DNA of 64,000 nt, taken from the NCBI GenBank assembly GCA_036785375.1, contig JAWMAR010000148.1:1364001-1428000 (forward strand), given 5' to 3'. The notes beneath the pieces are model-generated. The model worked only from the letters and a program-made list of their open reading frames with translations. It made no database searches and was not told where the DNA came from. The translations under genes and the position numbers were made by a program. Shown one piece after another: positions 35,302 to 48,045 of the stretch. The stretch is from Leucoraja ocellata (lineage: Eukaryota). Position 1 is the first letter of the stretch. Each line of letters opens with the position of its first letter.

Positions 35302-37222
35302 AATACAATTCTGATGTATCTTTTTTTGAAGTTATTAAAGAGCTATGGTCAAACTCACTATATGTTCCAACCCCTCACATGTCTGCAGGATAGCAGAATA
35401 ATAAAAACTGCTGGGGTTAATAAATCGATATGGAACTTCTGCTTTTGGGTGAAATGATTGAAATAGTTGGTAACAATAACAGATCCAACTAGGAATACAA
35501 ATCTAGCCATGACATATAACTTATTTTCTTCACAATTCCCAAATTCTCTTAAAAATTGCGAAAACACGGACGTGGTTCTTTGCTCATCAAACAAGGGTTC
35601 ATCAGCACTGTATTACCTGCAAAATTCCTACAATATTATGTGCTGGATTTCAAAAGGTGCTAAATCACTGCTCATTCTATGGGTCCCTGACTTGAGGCAA
35701 AGCAGAATCTGATATGGGCAGAAAAATAACAGTAATTTGTGTTCCTTTGTTTCTTAGCTATATCTGTTGCTTGCCTCTGCTTCGTGACCTCATTTCCCAT
35801 CTGTAATTCATTTTGTTTTAAAGAATTTAACCAATTCTATCAGAACTAAAGGGCTTTGACCTTTCAAATCTATTTCAAAAATATAAACACTTTTATTGCA
35901 AACCAACACGCTCATGTCCATTATTGTCCCCAGCTTATAGATCAAATAGTTTGTAAAGAAGCATCTACTTTTGGCAAGTTCCCATCAATAATGAACGATA
36001 GCTAACCAGAAAGGAATTTCAAATATCTCCAAAATTACTAAAGAGCTTTCTACACTCCTAGATAAATTATTTCCATGCACCCTGTGTTGTTCTTTTATTG
36101 GCACCTTGTGAGAGTGGGATTGATTTTGCTGCGTTTTCACATTTACAAGTTCAGAAAGTTCAGTTGGAGGCAGGGATTAGAGTTTCCTCTTTGTTCCAAT
36201 CAACACGTTTAACATGGTTCTGATGTTTTTCTGTTTGCTGAGGGCATTGAAGCTTTTCTGCACATTTCAGATTTTTAAGTTTATTTGAGTCTTGCTGTGA
36301 ATAAAAATTAAATGTATCATTCATTTGCCAAACTTCTGAAGATATAAGCTGTTGCAGCTAATTTTTAAAACAATGTTATCGCCTCATCTTATCCGTCTCT
36401 GCACTGCCATCCGCCATGTCCGAATTCATAGTTTGTGCTACATAGCAGACATCCCCAAAGAATTTTAAAGAATACATTTCTAAGAGATAAAGGTCAGTAA
36501 ATGTACCTCAACCTAATAGCTAACATTCCAAAGAAATAAAATAAATGTTAGACGTAAGTTCTTGTCAGTAAACTTGAGAAGAAGTGCCTTGCAATGTGAA
36601 ATCAGAGAACAGATTGTTTTTTATTGTAAACAAACCAAAATCCAAGAAATCCTGTGGCCGTGGGGGACAGGGCAGTAACATAATTCACTGTAAGATGGCA
36701 ATACATTTTGACAGTGAAGTCAAATATAACACTGAGCTGCTATCTGATTCAACCTCATAGTTAGCAAGAGGGTAATGAAATGGCTGGGAATGGACCAGAG
36801 TTACTGGGGAACAAAAGGAAATGGTTTTGATATTCCTAACATGTAGTTGTTGAAAATTCTTCAATGTTGGATATCAGACAAATATCTAGGGATATTTAAG
36901 GAATCAAGAGAAGTTGTAGTTCAGGAAAGCTGGGTGTCACAAGCATGCATAAAATGGGACAAAGTTAGATCCTTCACACCTTAACGCTGCAGAGTGGAAA
37001 GGAAAACATATTGGTGGCAGTCTGATTTACAGATTGTGGATCATGGATGCCACCTTGCTTGGCTGAGCTCCTCTTTGTATTGGTGCATCAGATTAATGGA
37101 GAGCCTTAAAAAATGCAATGAAAATCAAAGTCCACAAGGAAGGATAAGAAAATCTCTCAGGCCAAGATCCACAATTGAGAACTTAACTAGACTTGGTCAT
37201 TTTCAATGTGTTAGGTCTAGGA

Positions 37223-38222
37223 CAGGGGTGGGGAACCTTTTCATGTTAGAATGCCGCATTGTTAGCTGTAATCTAATAAGGCCGCATGCAAGAAACCTAA
37301 TTTAGATATACAGTACTTCAAATTGTACGTCATTTTGTAAAAATCTAACTACTCTGTACTAACTTCAAGAAAATGAAAAAAAATAGTTAATTCTGAAGTT
37401 AACTAACCTTTTAATGACTTTGTTGTGAGAAAGCATTTGAATATTTGGTTGCAACATGGAGGTACGCAGTTTCAGCTGACCTTCTAGATGGGTATCCATC
37501 ATTTGTGACCTTAAGGGCGTCTTGATTTGGGTTAGGTAGGAGAATGTAGATTCGCAGCAATAAGTGGTTGAAAAGCAAGAAAGCATTTTTCTTGCATGTT
37601 GCCGAAGACGTGGGTATTCTATTGCATTTATCCATATTTCAATTGGATCTTTGTATTTGTCAAATAAGGACTTTAAAATATCATCTTCTGAAAGTTCAAT
37701 CAATTCCATGTATATTTCTTTAGGAGCCTTGAAGACATTAACTAGTTGAGGTTAAAATGCTTATTTGAGTGTGATATAATGATTCTCAAAGTCAGTGAAC
37801 CTTTCATTGTATACTTTAATTAATAAGTCTATAACAGCTGCGTATTCTTCAAATGATTCGCATGAATCCTCCTGCTCATCAATGACCTTCGCTAACTGGA
37901 GAAAATGTTCATCCGAAATTTCATTTTGAAGAAGAAGAGTTTTGAAAAAAGATAGCCTTTTCGAAATGCTTGGATTTTTTGCCACATATCATATATAGAC
38001 TTAGTTTTACCTTGCAAAGAAAGGTCATTTCATTTAATCTTCTTTTACTCTTTGGTATTTTAAATACGTTCATCTTAAGTTAAATAAGTTCATTTCAATT
38101 AAAATAATAAAAGACAAACAAAAACATATTAATAAAAATTAAAAGGATTTGTTCTACAAAATTTGGATTCATTCAAAAGGCTGCACTTAATGGCCTAGAA
38201 GACTGCAGGTTCCCCATCCCTG
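37223..38222 (-). mobile_element. hAT (Charlie/SPIN-like) internally deleted DNA transposon
   Basis: 16-bp TIRs caggggtggggaacct / aggttccccatccctg; 8-bp flanks gtctagga / gtccaggg; C-terminal dimerization domain YPRLRQHARKMLSCFSTTYCCESTFS..IK...RS on the minus strand. Confidence 0.9.
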
Positions 38223-41200
38223 GTCCAGGGCCATTCATTAAAACTGGGAAGTAGAAAATAAACAAAATAGAGTCCAATAACAGACAAAAGAGGAATAGGA
38301 TGGGTGAATTAAAACTAATATCTCTGGTGAAGTGAGACTGGATTTACTAATGTGCCAGTTAAGATCAAGATTGCACTCCTTGATCTGTGTATTGTATTAC
38401 AACTGGGAATGTTGTGGGAGCAAGTCTGGTAAGGCAAACTAAATTTAAAAAAAAAACACCTAAAATGATGGCAGAAAAAAATGGCAAGTTTTAATACAAT
38501 CAGATCGAGTGGGTTACCTAAAGTTGGAGAACTTGATTTTGAGTCCTGAAGGCTGCAATGTGCTGAGACAGTTGAAGAGATGTTCCTCAAGCTTGTATGG
38601 GGCCTCAGTGCAACAGGTCACAGGCGTAAACGTAATTTGATTTTTAGCTGCCCCTTATCTGTCTCATTAGATTATCCACCTTAATCCCTCTGTTTCACCC
38701 ATCCCCTAAAACTGACTCAATTTCTTTCTTTTCCAGCTCTGATATAGGGCTGCAGACCTGAAATGTTAACTTCTGCTTGCCTACTTCAAATCATTTTATG
38801 TTTTCATTTTAGATTTCCAGCATCTACAGTGTTCTTATTTTAATTTGAAGGTTAGATTGATATGCTCATTTCAGGGTCTGGAGTATTACTGAGAGAGATT
38901 GCTCCAACTGCTAGAAAATCCAAGTAAATTGCAACAAGGCATATAAGAGAAAATGATAAATATTTTTGTATTCATTATGGAAGCTTGTGGAAGCAGCTTA
39001 TGGAACCAGAAAAAAAACCTGCTTAAATTTGATATTAGCTGAGAGATTAAAATACCCCAATCATGGTGTTCTGCAGTAGGATAGCAGAAATTAAATTGGA
39101 GTTGAATATTGTTGAATCACTGCAGAATTTAATTGCCACTGACTAATTTAGAAGAAAGTGACTTTAACTTAATGTTCAATACCATACTGTTCAAAAGCTG
39201 CTAGAATGCATCAGCAGCTTTTTTCCAAGAGGCACATTGAGAGGAGCAGCAGATGAGGCCTTCATACCACAGCTTTTTCCTGTATGTAGTCTGCAGGATT
39301 TATGGCTTTATTACCTTCATCACAGGGGAAATAACACCTCTCAGTTACATCCACAGTGTACTGGTAACCAGTGCTATCCAGGTCAACTATACAATTACCT
39401 CAATGTACACAAGTCAACCCTGCAAACATGTCCAACATTCCTGCCTGTCGACAACCAGAAAACTATATTGCATGTAAACTCAACTGTCAACATTCATATC
39501 AGTGAAACACTGCTAACAGTAGCAATATAGATCATTTGGTCTTTGGGTTAAGGTTAGAGTTAGGATGATAAATTATTTACATGACCCATTGGAGCCTTTT
39601 GCTTGGTCAATGGAAGGGAACCTCAAGTAAAATGCAAAAAGAAAAATACTTGACAATTTTTCATTACTTCAGCACATACTCTCCAGACCAGATGCAAGAT
39701 GAAACATTTAAAATGCTGACTGTTAGAAATACCAGATAATGTAAGTGTGAGCTAACTAGTGGACTCAGCATTGGTGAAGTAACAAGTAGGTTAGCAAATT
39801 TTGCTCCTTGAAGGATAGTTGAAACCGATCATGTTTTACAGGAATACAAATGTAACGGTTATTGATAACAATTGAACTTTACGATCATAGACACATATGA
39901 GTGCAGCACGTAAACAAGCCATTCAACCCACCATGTACATTGAAAGCACCTATACTAAACATATTTAAGTGCATTAGGTCCATTACCTACCATGCCACTG
40001 CAATTCCAATGCTTTCAAGAAGAAGCCTCATAAACGTGAGAATATCTGCTTCTCCCATCTCCTCAGGTAGCATGTTCTAGTTTCCATTTTCAGGGATTTA
40101 TTGATTTGTATTCCAAGGAATCTCTGTTAACGGAATTGAGGGATATGGGGAAAAACAGGAACAAAGTACTGATTTTGGATGATCAGCCATGATCATATTG
40201 AATGGCGGTGCTGACTCTTGCATCTATTTTTCTATGTTTTTAAAGACCCCTTTGCAATAAGATCATCAATTAGCCATTTCTACATCATTCCAGCATCTGC
40301 AGTTCCTTGTGTCAGCCGTTTCTAATTGTTCAATTGGGCTCCAACACAGCCTTTTCTCCAGATGGTTCCTCAACATAGTGATATAGAAAAAAACATCCCT
40401 TATACATTCTATCAATTCACCAAACTCATCGAACAGCAAATCTGATTTGTTCACTCTATATGTATGTTGAAGTCTCCATGATTACAGTATTACCATGATA
40501 CACTCTCCTCTAATTTTCAGATGTAAGCCACAACAAATCTTTCAATGATTTAGTAGCCTTACAAATAACTCCTACCCTGCGATACTTCTTGGCTTGACCC
40601 ATATTGATTCCACTTCTACATCATCACCTGTCCAACCAAGAACATGTCTCGCCACTGTAATGATGTTACCCATCCTTCATAAATGTTGATGTGCAGAGAT
40701 TTGCACTGCCTTTAAACTCACAGGACCTCTATATCAGCAGGCCTCATCCTTCAAAGACTGTTTCTCACAGCCCTAAATCTGTGTGGCCTCTTGCACCCAT
40801 TGACTCTATATCCATATAATGCCGGGAACCCATTGCCACAGGGGTTATATACAGTATCTTGTGTGTGATAATCACGGCAATCTTCCACTTGTACTGCTAA
40901 CTGTAATGAATCAATTCAAGTTCATACCAGATATTAATGTCAGTGAATTTTTGGAGTCTTCCATGAATCTCAAGCACTAGTAAATTGATTGCTACAGACA
41001 GTATTTCCTAATCTATTTTTTCCCTCCATTTCAAACTGTAATGATTTTGATTTCACTTCAACAATGTATACACTAATCTTTTTTGGGAGTGGACTCTAGA
41101 GACTGAGATAATAGATACTGGTGAACTAGATTACAGGGAATTTTTCTGCATTCTTTAGATATTTGGCTAGAAATAAAGTGGATGAGCTTGAGGCTCAGTT

Positions 41201-41526
41201 TGAAATTGGTAAGTATGATGTTAAGGGAATTACAGAGACATGGCTGCAAGAGGATCAGAGCTGGGAACTGAATATTCAGCGGTATACGTCCTATCGAAAA
41301 GACAGATCGGTGGGCAGAGGGGGTGGGGTAGCTCTGTTGGTAAGGAATTAAATTCAGTGACATAGAATCAGAAGATGTAGTCATTGTGGATAGAACTGAG
41401 AAATTGTAAGGGTAAAAATACCCTAATGGGGGTTATCTACAGGCCCCCAAACAGTAGCCTGCATATAGGGTGCAAGTTGCATCTAAAGTTAAAATTGACA
41501 TGTAACAAAGGTAATGCTACGGTGGT

Positions 41527-41757
41527 ACACAAAAAAGCTGGAGAAACTCAGCGGGTGCAGCAGCATCTATGGAGCGAAGGAAATAGGCAACGTTTCGGGC
41601 CGAAACCCTTCTTCAGACTTATAACGTTTGAAGAAGGGTTTCGGCCCAAAACGTTGCCTATTTCCTTTGCTCCATAGATGCTGCTGCACCCACTGAGTTT
41701 CTCCAGCTTTTTTGTGTACCTTCGATTCTCCAGCATCTGCAGTTCCTTCTTAAACAC
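41527..41757. mobile_element. Palindromic Penelope-derived insertion with hammerhead motif and 15-bp TSD
   Basis: Inverted arms of about 92 bp (41524-41618 and 41626-41720) plus a tail; taatgctacggtggt is duplicated at 41512-41526 and 41758-41772. Confidence 0.85.
41589..41616 (-). ncRNA. Minimal type I hammerhead-ribozyme-like motif
   Basis: CUGAAGA-A-GGGU(UUCG)GCCC-GAAA-CGUU: intact core, stem II closed by a UUCG tetraloop, palindromic AACGUU in place of stem III. Confidence 0.6.
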
Positions 41758-44706
41758 TAATGCTACGGTGGTTATGGGAGATTTCAACATGCAGGTAGAC
41801 TTGGAAAATCAGGTAGGTACTGGACCCCTAGAAAGGGAGTTTGTAGAGTGCCTCCGAGATGGATTCTTAGTGCAGGTTGTACTGGAGCCTACCAGGGAGA
41901 AGGCAATTCTGGATTTAGTGTTGTGTAATGAACCAGATTTGATAAGGGAACTCAAGGTAAAGGAACCATTAGGTGGTATTGACCAGAATATGATAAGTTT
42001 TAATCTGCAATTTGAGAGGGAGAAAGTAAAATCGGAAGTGACAGTATTGCAGTTGAACAAAGGGGACTATGGAGGCATGAGGGAGGAGCTGGCCAAAGTT
42101 GACTGGAAAGGGACCAGAGCAGGGACGACGGTGGAACAGCAATGGCAGGTATCTCTGGGAATAACCCAGAAGATGCAGGATCTTTTCATTCCAAAGAGGA
42201 AGAAAGATTCTAAGGGGAGTAAGAGGCGATCGTGGCCGACAAGGGAAGTCAGGACAATATAAAAATAAAAGAGAATATATATAACATAGCAACAATGAGC
42301 AGGAAGCCAGAGGATTGGGAAACATTTAAAGATCAACAGAAGGTAAAAAGGCAATTCGGGGAGAAAAGATGAAGTACGAAGGTAAGCTAGCCAAGAATAT
42401 AAAGGAGGATAGTAAAAGCTTCTTTACGTATGTTGAGGAAAACATTTGTTAAGACAAATATGGGTCCCTTGAAGATAGAAACAGTTGAATTTATTATGGG
42501 GAACAAGGAAATGGCAGATGAGTTGAACAGGTACTTTGGTTCTGTCTTCACTAAGACAAACTATCTCTCAGATGTACTGAGGGACAGAGGACCTAGGGTG
42601 ACAGATGAACTGAAGGAAATTCACATTAGTCAGGAAATGGTGATGGGTAGACTGATGGGACTGAAGACTGATAAATCCCCAGGGCCTGATGGTCTGCATC
42701 CCAGGGTACTCAAGGAAGTGGCTCTAGAAATGGTGGACGCATTGGTGATCATTTTTCAACGTTCTATAGATTCTGGATCAGTTTCTGTGGATTGGAGGGT
42801 AGCTAATGTTATCCCACTTTTTAAGAAAGGAGGGAATTATAGACCAGTTAGCCTGACATCGGTGGTGGGGAAGATGCTGGAGTCGATCATTAAAGATGTA
42901 ATAGCGGCGCATTTGGACAGCAGTAACAGGATCAATCCAAATCAGCATGGATTTACGAAGGGGAAATCATGCTTGAATAATCTTCTGACAAAATGGACAC
43001 AGGAGTGCCAGTGGATGTAGTGTACCTGGACTTTCAGAATACCTTCCCACACAGGAGGTTAGTGGGCAAAGTTAGAGCACATGGTATTGGGGAAAGGGTT
43101 TTGATATGGATAGAAAATTGGTTGGCAGACAGGAAACAAAGAGTAGGGATTAACGGGTCCCTTTCAGAATGGCAGGCAGGGACTAATGGGGTGCTGCAAG
43201 GCTCGGTGCTGGGACCGCAGCTATTTACAATATACATTCATGATTTAGATGAAGGAATTAAAAGTAACATTAGCAAATTTGCAGATGACACAAAGTTGGG
43301 TGGCAGTGTGAACTGTGAAGAGGATGCTATGAGGATGCAGGGTGACTTGGACTGGTTGGGTGACTGGGCAGATGCATGGCTGATGCAGTATAATGTGGAT
43401 AAATGTGAGGTTATCCACTTTGGTGGCAAAACCAGGAAGGCAGATTATTATTTGAATGGTGTCAGGTTAGGAAAAGGGGAAGTACAACGAGACCTGGGTG
43501 TCCTTGTATATCAGTCACTGAATGTAAGCATGCAGGTACAGCTGGCAGTGAAGAAAGCTAATGGCAAGTTGGCCTTCACAACAAGAGGAGTTGAGTATAA
43601 GAGCAAAGAGGTCCTTTGCAGTTGTACAGGACCCTGGTGAGACCACACCTGGGTTTGGGTCTCATAATTTGAGGAAGGACATTCATGCTATTGAGGGAGT
43701 GCAGCGTAGGTTCACAAGGTTAATTCACAAGGATGGCGGGACTCTCGTATGATGAAAGAATGGAGCTACTGGGCTTGTATTCACTGGAATTTGGAAGGAT
43801 GAGAGGGGATCTATAAAATTATTAAAGGATTGGACACGATGCAGGAAACATGTTCCCGATGTTGGGGGAGTCCAGATCTAGGGGCCACAGTTTAAGAATA
43901 AGGGGTAGGCCATTTAGAACGGAGATGAGGAAAAACTTTTTAACCCAGAGAGTTGTGAATTTGTTGAGTTCTCTGCCTTAAGAAGGCAGTGGAGGCTGAT
44001 TCACTGGATGCATTCAAAAGAGAGTTAGATAGAGCTCTTAGGGCTAGTGAAATCAAGGAATATGGGGAGGCAGGAACTGGGTACTGATTGTGGATGATCA
44101 GCCATTATCACATTGAATGGCAGTGCTGGTTCGAAGGGCCGAATGGCCTACTCCTGCACCTATTGTGTGTCAATGTATGATTGGGTATCAACATTTCACC
44201 ACTTTTCAAGATAGAACAATTAACCTAGTGCACTGTAACTGGGTCAGTAAACGAAATGTTTATTTATCACCACTTTTTTCCCACCATTTCACTTATGTGA
44301 TGGAAATGTTACTTGCCTTGCTGCAAGCTGGCAGGAATTGCTTCACTACGAAATGAAGTACAAATAGAATTGATCATCATACCATCACCAGAGAACATTC
44401 TAATTTCTTACCACATCATGGATGAAGTAGTTGAAGCTTAGGGCACAATACTAACAAACTGACTTTGCCTTATCTGCAACATTCAATATGTTACATATTA
44501 GGTTGTGATTATATGTCACCAACTTCCATCAACTCTATGAAGCTTAATTTTCCTTTTTTATGGCACATTCCCTTTACACTTTTTGGCAGGAGCAGCTTGG
44601 CCAGAGGTGCAGCTTATTCTGTAGTGCTGGTCCTCAGCAATACAGCTGGGTTCCTTTATGTACTTTGGTGCTTGCCGCATCCAGAGCTCCCAGCTTGATT
44701 TGTTAC

Positions 44707-44826
44707 ATCAGACCAGATACGTCACCCATTCCTTCTCTCCAGAGATGCTGCCTGTCCCGCTGAGTTACTCCAGCATTTTGTGTCTACCTTCGATTTAAAC
44801 CAGCATCTGCAGTTCTTTCCTGCACA
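44707..44826 (+). mobile_element. 5'-truncated Penelope-derived repeat with 12-bp TSD
   Basis: acgtcacccattccttctctccagagatgctgcc...cagcatctgcagttc flanked by ttgatttgttac (44695-44706 and 44827-44838). Confidence 0.8.
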
Positions 44827-44839
44827 TTGATTTGTTACT

Positions 44840-45990
44840 TATTGAATTGGCTGAGAAATAGTTCTGCGATTATGGGAATCTCATGAGGAAGTCGAGGTGA
44901 ATTATCCACTCAGCACTTCTGGCTTCTGCTTCAGTATTTTCTTCTGCATTCAGCCTGGGTCCTGCCATGATGGGGAATGAAGATGTTCTTGGTCCCTTCT
45001 CCCATTAGTTGTTTAATTGTCCACCATCATTCACAACTTGATGAGGCAGGACTGCAGAGTTTTGATCTGATCTGCCAATTGTGAGTTTGCTTATCTGTCT
45101 ATTGCATGCTGTTTTGCAGCTTTAAATGCACATAGTCATGCATTTCAGCTTCACCAGGCCAGCACCTCATGCTTGGATATGCCCAGTGCTGCTCTTGGCA
45201 TACCCCCCTCAACTTTTATTGGTTCAGGTTTGATTCCCTGGTGTGACAGTAATGATAGCGAGAACCATGCCATGTGGATAGACAGAATGGTGTTAATGAT
45301 CCATAGCACATCATGGATAGCCTATTCTGAGCTACCAGATCTGATAGAGCTTGTCCCATTTAGCACATTAGTAGTACCACACAACTTGATGGAGGGAATT
45401 TGTCTCTCTTACCAGTGCTACCATGGACTGAAGCACCTGCCAAAAGCGAATTGGTGAGAATTTAGTCATGTAGGTGTTTCTTTTGTTGCTTCACTCACTA
45501 CCTGCCAGCTCCACCCTTCAAGACTATGCAATTCATTCTGTGATGATGGTTACCAAGCCACTCTTTTGGTGATGGATTATAAAGTCCCCCTCACAGTAAT
45601 GATGTGCCTTTGTTACTTTCAATGCTTTTTCCACATGCCTGTTCAACATAGAGGAACACCGATTCATCAGCTGAGGGAAGATAGTAAGTGGTAATCAGGA
45701 GAAGATTTACTTGCCCCTATTTGGCCTCGTTCACGGGACTGAAGTCAAGGTTGAGGACTATGTAGGAAGGAACAAAAGCTGGAGTAGCTTAGGACAGGCA
45801 GCATCTCTGGAGAGAAGGAATGGGTGACGTTTCAGGTCAAGACCCTTCTTTAGACTCCTCGGTTCATTTCCACCCACCTGCACCCAGAGATTGTCATGGA
45901 CCATTCCCGCTTCTAACATGTATGGTCTGATTCTGTGAGTACGACTATGTCATGCCTTTGCTTAATTGTTCTGTGGTATAGATGTCCCCA
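44840..45990 (-). mobile_element. Degenerate L2/Crack-like LINE endonuclease region, interrupted by a Penelope-derived repeat at about 45760-45856
   Basis: GDF..H remnant near 45570-45597; the inserted repeat has a mutated core CTAAAGAAGGGTCTTGACCTGAAACGTC. Confidence 0.5.
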
Positions 45991-46559
45991 GATGCATGTA
46001 AGAATGCGTTTACAAGTTTGAAACAAAGACATTTTTTTTTTGTGAGAAACATAAAATAAATTGATTTGAAGTCTAATTTAACAGAACCCAGTTTTAAAAT
46101 GGCATTTTCAAGGAGTTAATTTTCTTTAGGCTAGATTAAAAAAGACTTTAGGTATTTCTCAACATTCTTTGCTGATCCCCTAAAGAGCAAAAATGTGGAA
46201 AAACAGCTGGCTCTTAAAGTTGCAAGACTATTATTTTATTTCATTCCAGCACAGTTCCCAAAATAAATCTGACTTAACATGTATCTGCCTCCAATTACAT
46301 TAATTTACTCAACTTTAGGTAGGTGGCAGAGTGTACTTTGAATAGAATGATTTGGTCTGTGGGCGGGTTGTTTGAGTTTACAGCAATCTTATTTTCAGGG
46401 ATAGTTTTATTCCAAGCAGCTCTAAGGACCAAACATACTGCAAATCATTGCTCCTTTCAGTTTGGTGGACACATGATTCCTCTGGTTATTTTTAAAGAGT
46501 GACCGTAGCTACAATATCTACTCTTAGTTGTTAACTGTTCAAGTAGATAGGGAGGTAAT

Positions 46560-48045
46560 GATAAGGAGGCTTTGGAGAGGGTGCAGAGGAGGTTTACCAG
46601 AATGCTGCCTGGATTAGAGGGTCTCAGCTACAGGGAGAGGTTGGATAGACTTTCATTGTTTTCTCTAGAAAATCGGAGGAGAGATTTGATAGAAGTATTA
46701 TGAGAGGCAGAGTAGACAGTCAGGACCTTTCTTCAAGGGTGGAAATGTCCAACTTTAGAGGGCTTATCTATAAGGTAAGAGGGGAAACTAATGGAGATGT
46801 GCAGGGCAGGTTTTTTACACATTATCAGGTGTGGTGGTGGAGGCTGACATGATAGTGGCATTTAAGAGGCTTTTAGATTGGCACAATGACATCGAAGTGC
46901 AAGAATTAGGGGGATACATACAGGCAAATGAGATCAGTTTAACTAGGCATCATGTTTGGCACAAACCTTGTGGGCCAAAGAGTCCGTCCCTGTGCCGTAC
47001 TGTCTATTTTCTGTGTTCAAGAGTGAGAAAGATAGGAATAAATTTGCATTTGTAAAGCACATTTTATGGCCTCAGGTCACAAGCAAATTTACAATCAATT
47101 GTTTTAAGGTAAATGCAGCAGAACATTGCATTGTTGAAGGAGGAAGGCTGGCCAGCACTGCATGCACCTTGGGAAACGGGCATGTTATCCTTCACTTTCT
47201 TGTGAAATAGCAACAGAGGCCTTCTTTTTTAACGAGTAAGCAGCTCTTGTCGATACACCATTGTGCTAGAGAGGGTGCAGAGGAGATTCACCAGGGTGTG
47301 GTCTGACTTGGAGCACAACAGTTAACTCTGATTTTACTGTTATGTAGTCTTATTTCTCACACTGAATCTTAAGCCTGGTTTTCAGTTAAATAAATAACCA
47401 GACTCATCATTCATCAAACATTCTTTGCAGGAAGCTTTGTTCTTGCACATGGATCTTAAGCCAAATGTTCACATTATGGGCAATGTTATTCAGACTCCTG
47501 AACAAGGCTCCTCCTGGCCCTCACATTTTCAATGTTTGATTATTATGTTTGCAGATGACACTAAGATTGCTGGTACTGTGACGAAGGCTGTCAATGTATA
47601 CTGCAAGATATAGATCAGCTACAAAAACGGGTGGAAAAATGGCAAATGTAGTTTAATCCAAGCAAGTGTGATGTGTTGCACTTCGGGAATGTAAGGGAAC
47701 AATATACAATTAATGGTATAACCCTTAACCACTGAGGTACTGAGGGATCTTTGGGTCCAAATTTATAACTCCCTGAATGTGGCAACACAAGTAGATAAGA
47801 GTGGTAAAGCAGGCCTATGTCATGCATTGAGTATGAGTCAGGAAGTCATGATGTAGCTTTATAGATCTTTGTTTAGACAGCATTGGGAGTATTGTGCACA
47901 GTTCTGGTTGCCCCATTACAAGAAGGATGTGGAGGCTTTGGAAAGGGTGCAGAGGAGGTTTGTAAAAACGATGACTGGATTAGGGGATAATAGCTACAGA
48001 CAGACATGGATTGCTTTCTCTGTTGCGGGGAGACGAGATAGAAAT
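46560..48045 (+). mobile_element. Cluster of CR1 3'/RT fragments
   Basis: ALERVQRRFTRMLPGL, MFADDTKIAG and EYCAQFWLPHYKKDVEALERVQRRF. Confidence 0.8.

Larger units (their letters stand above)
41169..44166 (+). mobile_element. Near-complete CR1 ORF2 (AP endonuclease plus RT) pseudogene with 3' tail
   Basis: GITETWL, GVIYRPPNS, VVMGDFN, KSPGPDG, NYRPVSLTS, GVLQGSVLGP and FADDTKLGG, with multiple frameshifts and stops. Confidence 0.95.

Noticed and set aside
44707-44730. Idea that this insert's 5' end marks the ribozyme cleavage site
   Set aside because: The copy retains ACGTC upstream of the predicted cut, so ordinary truncation or inversion explains it as well.
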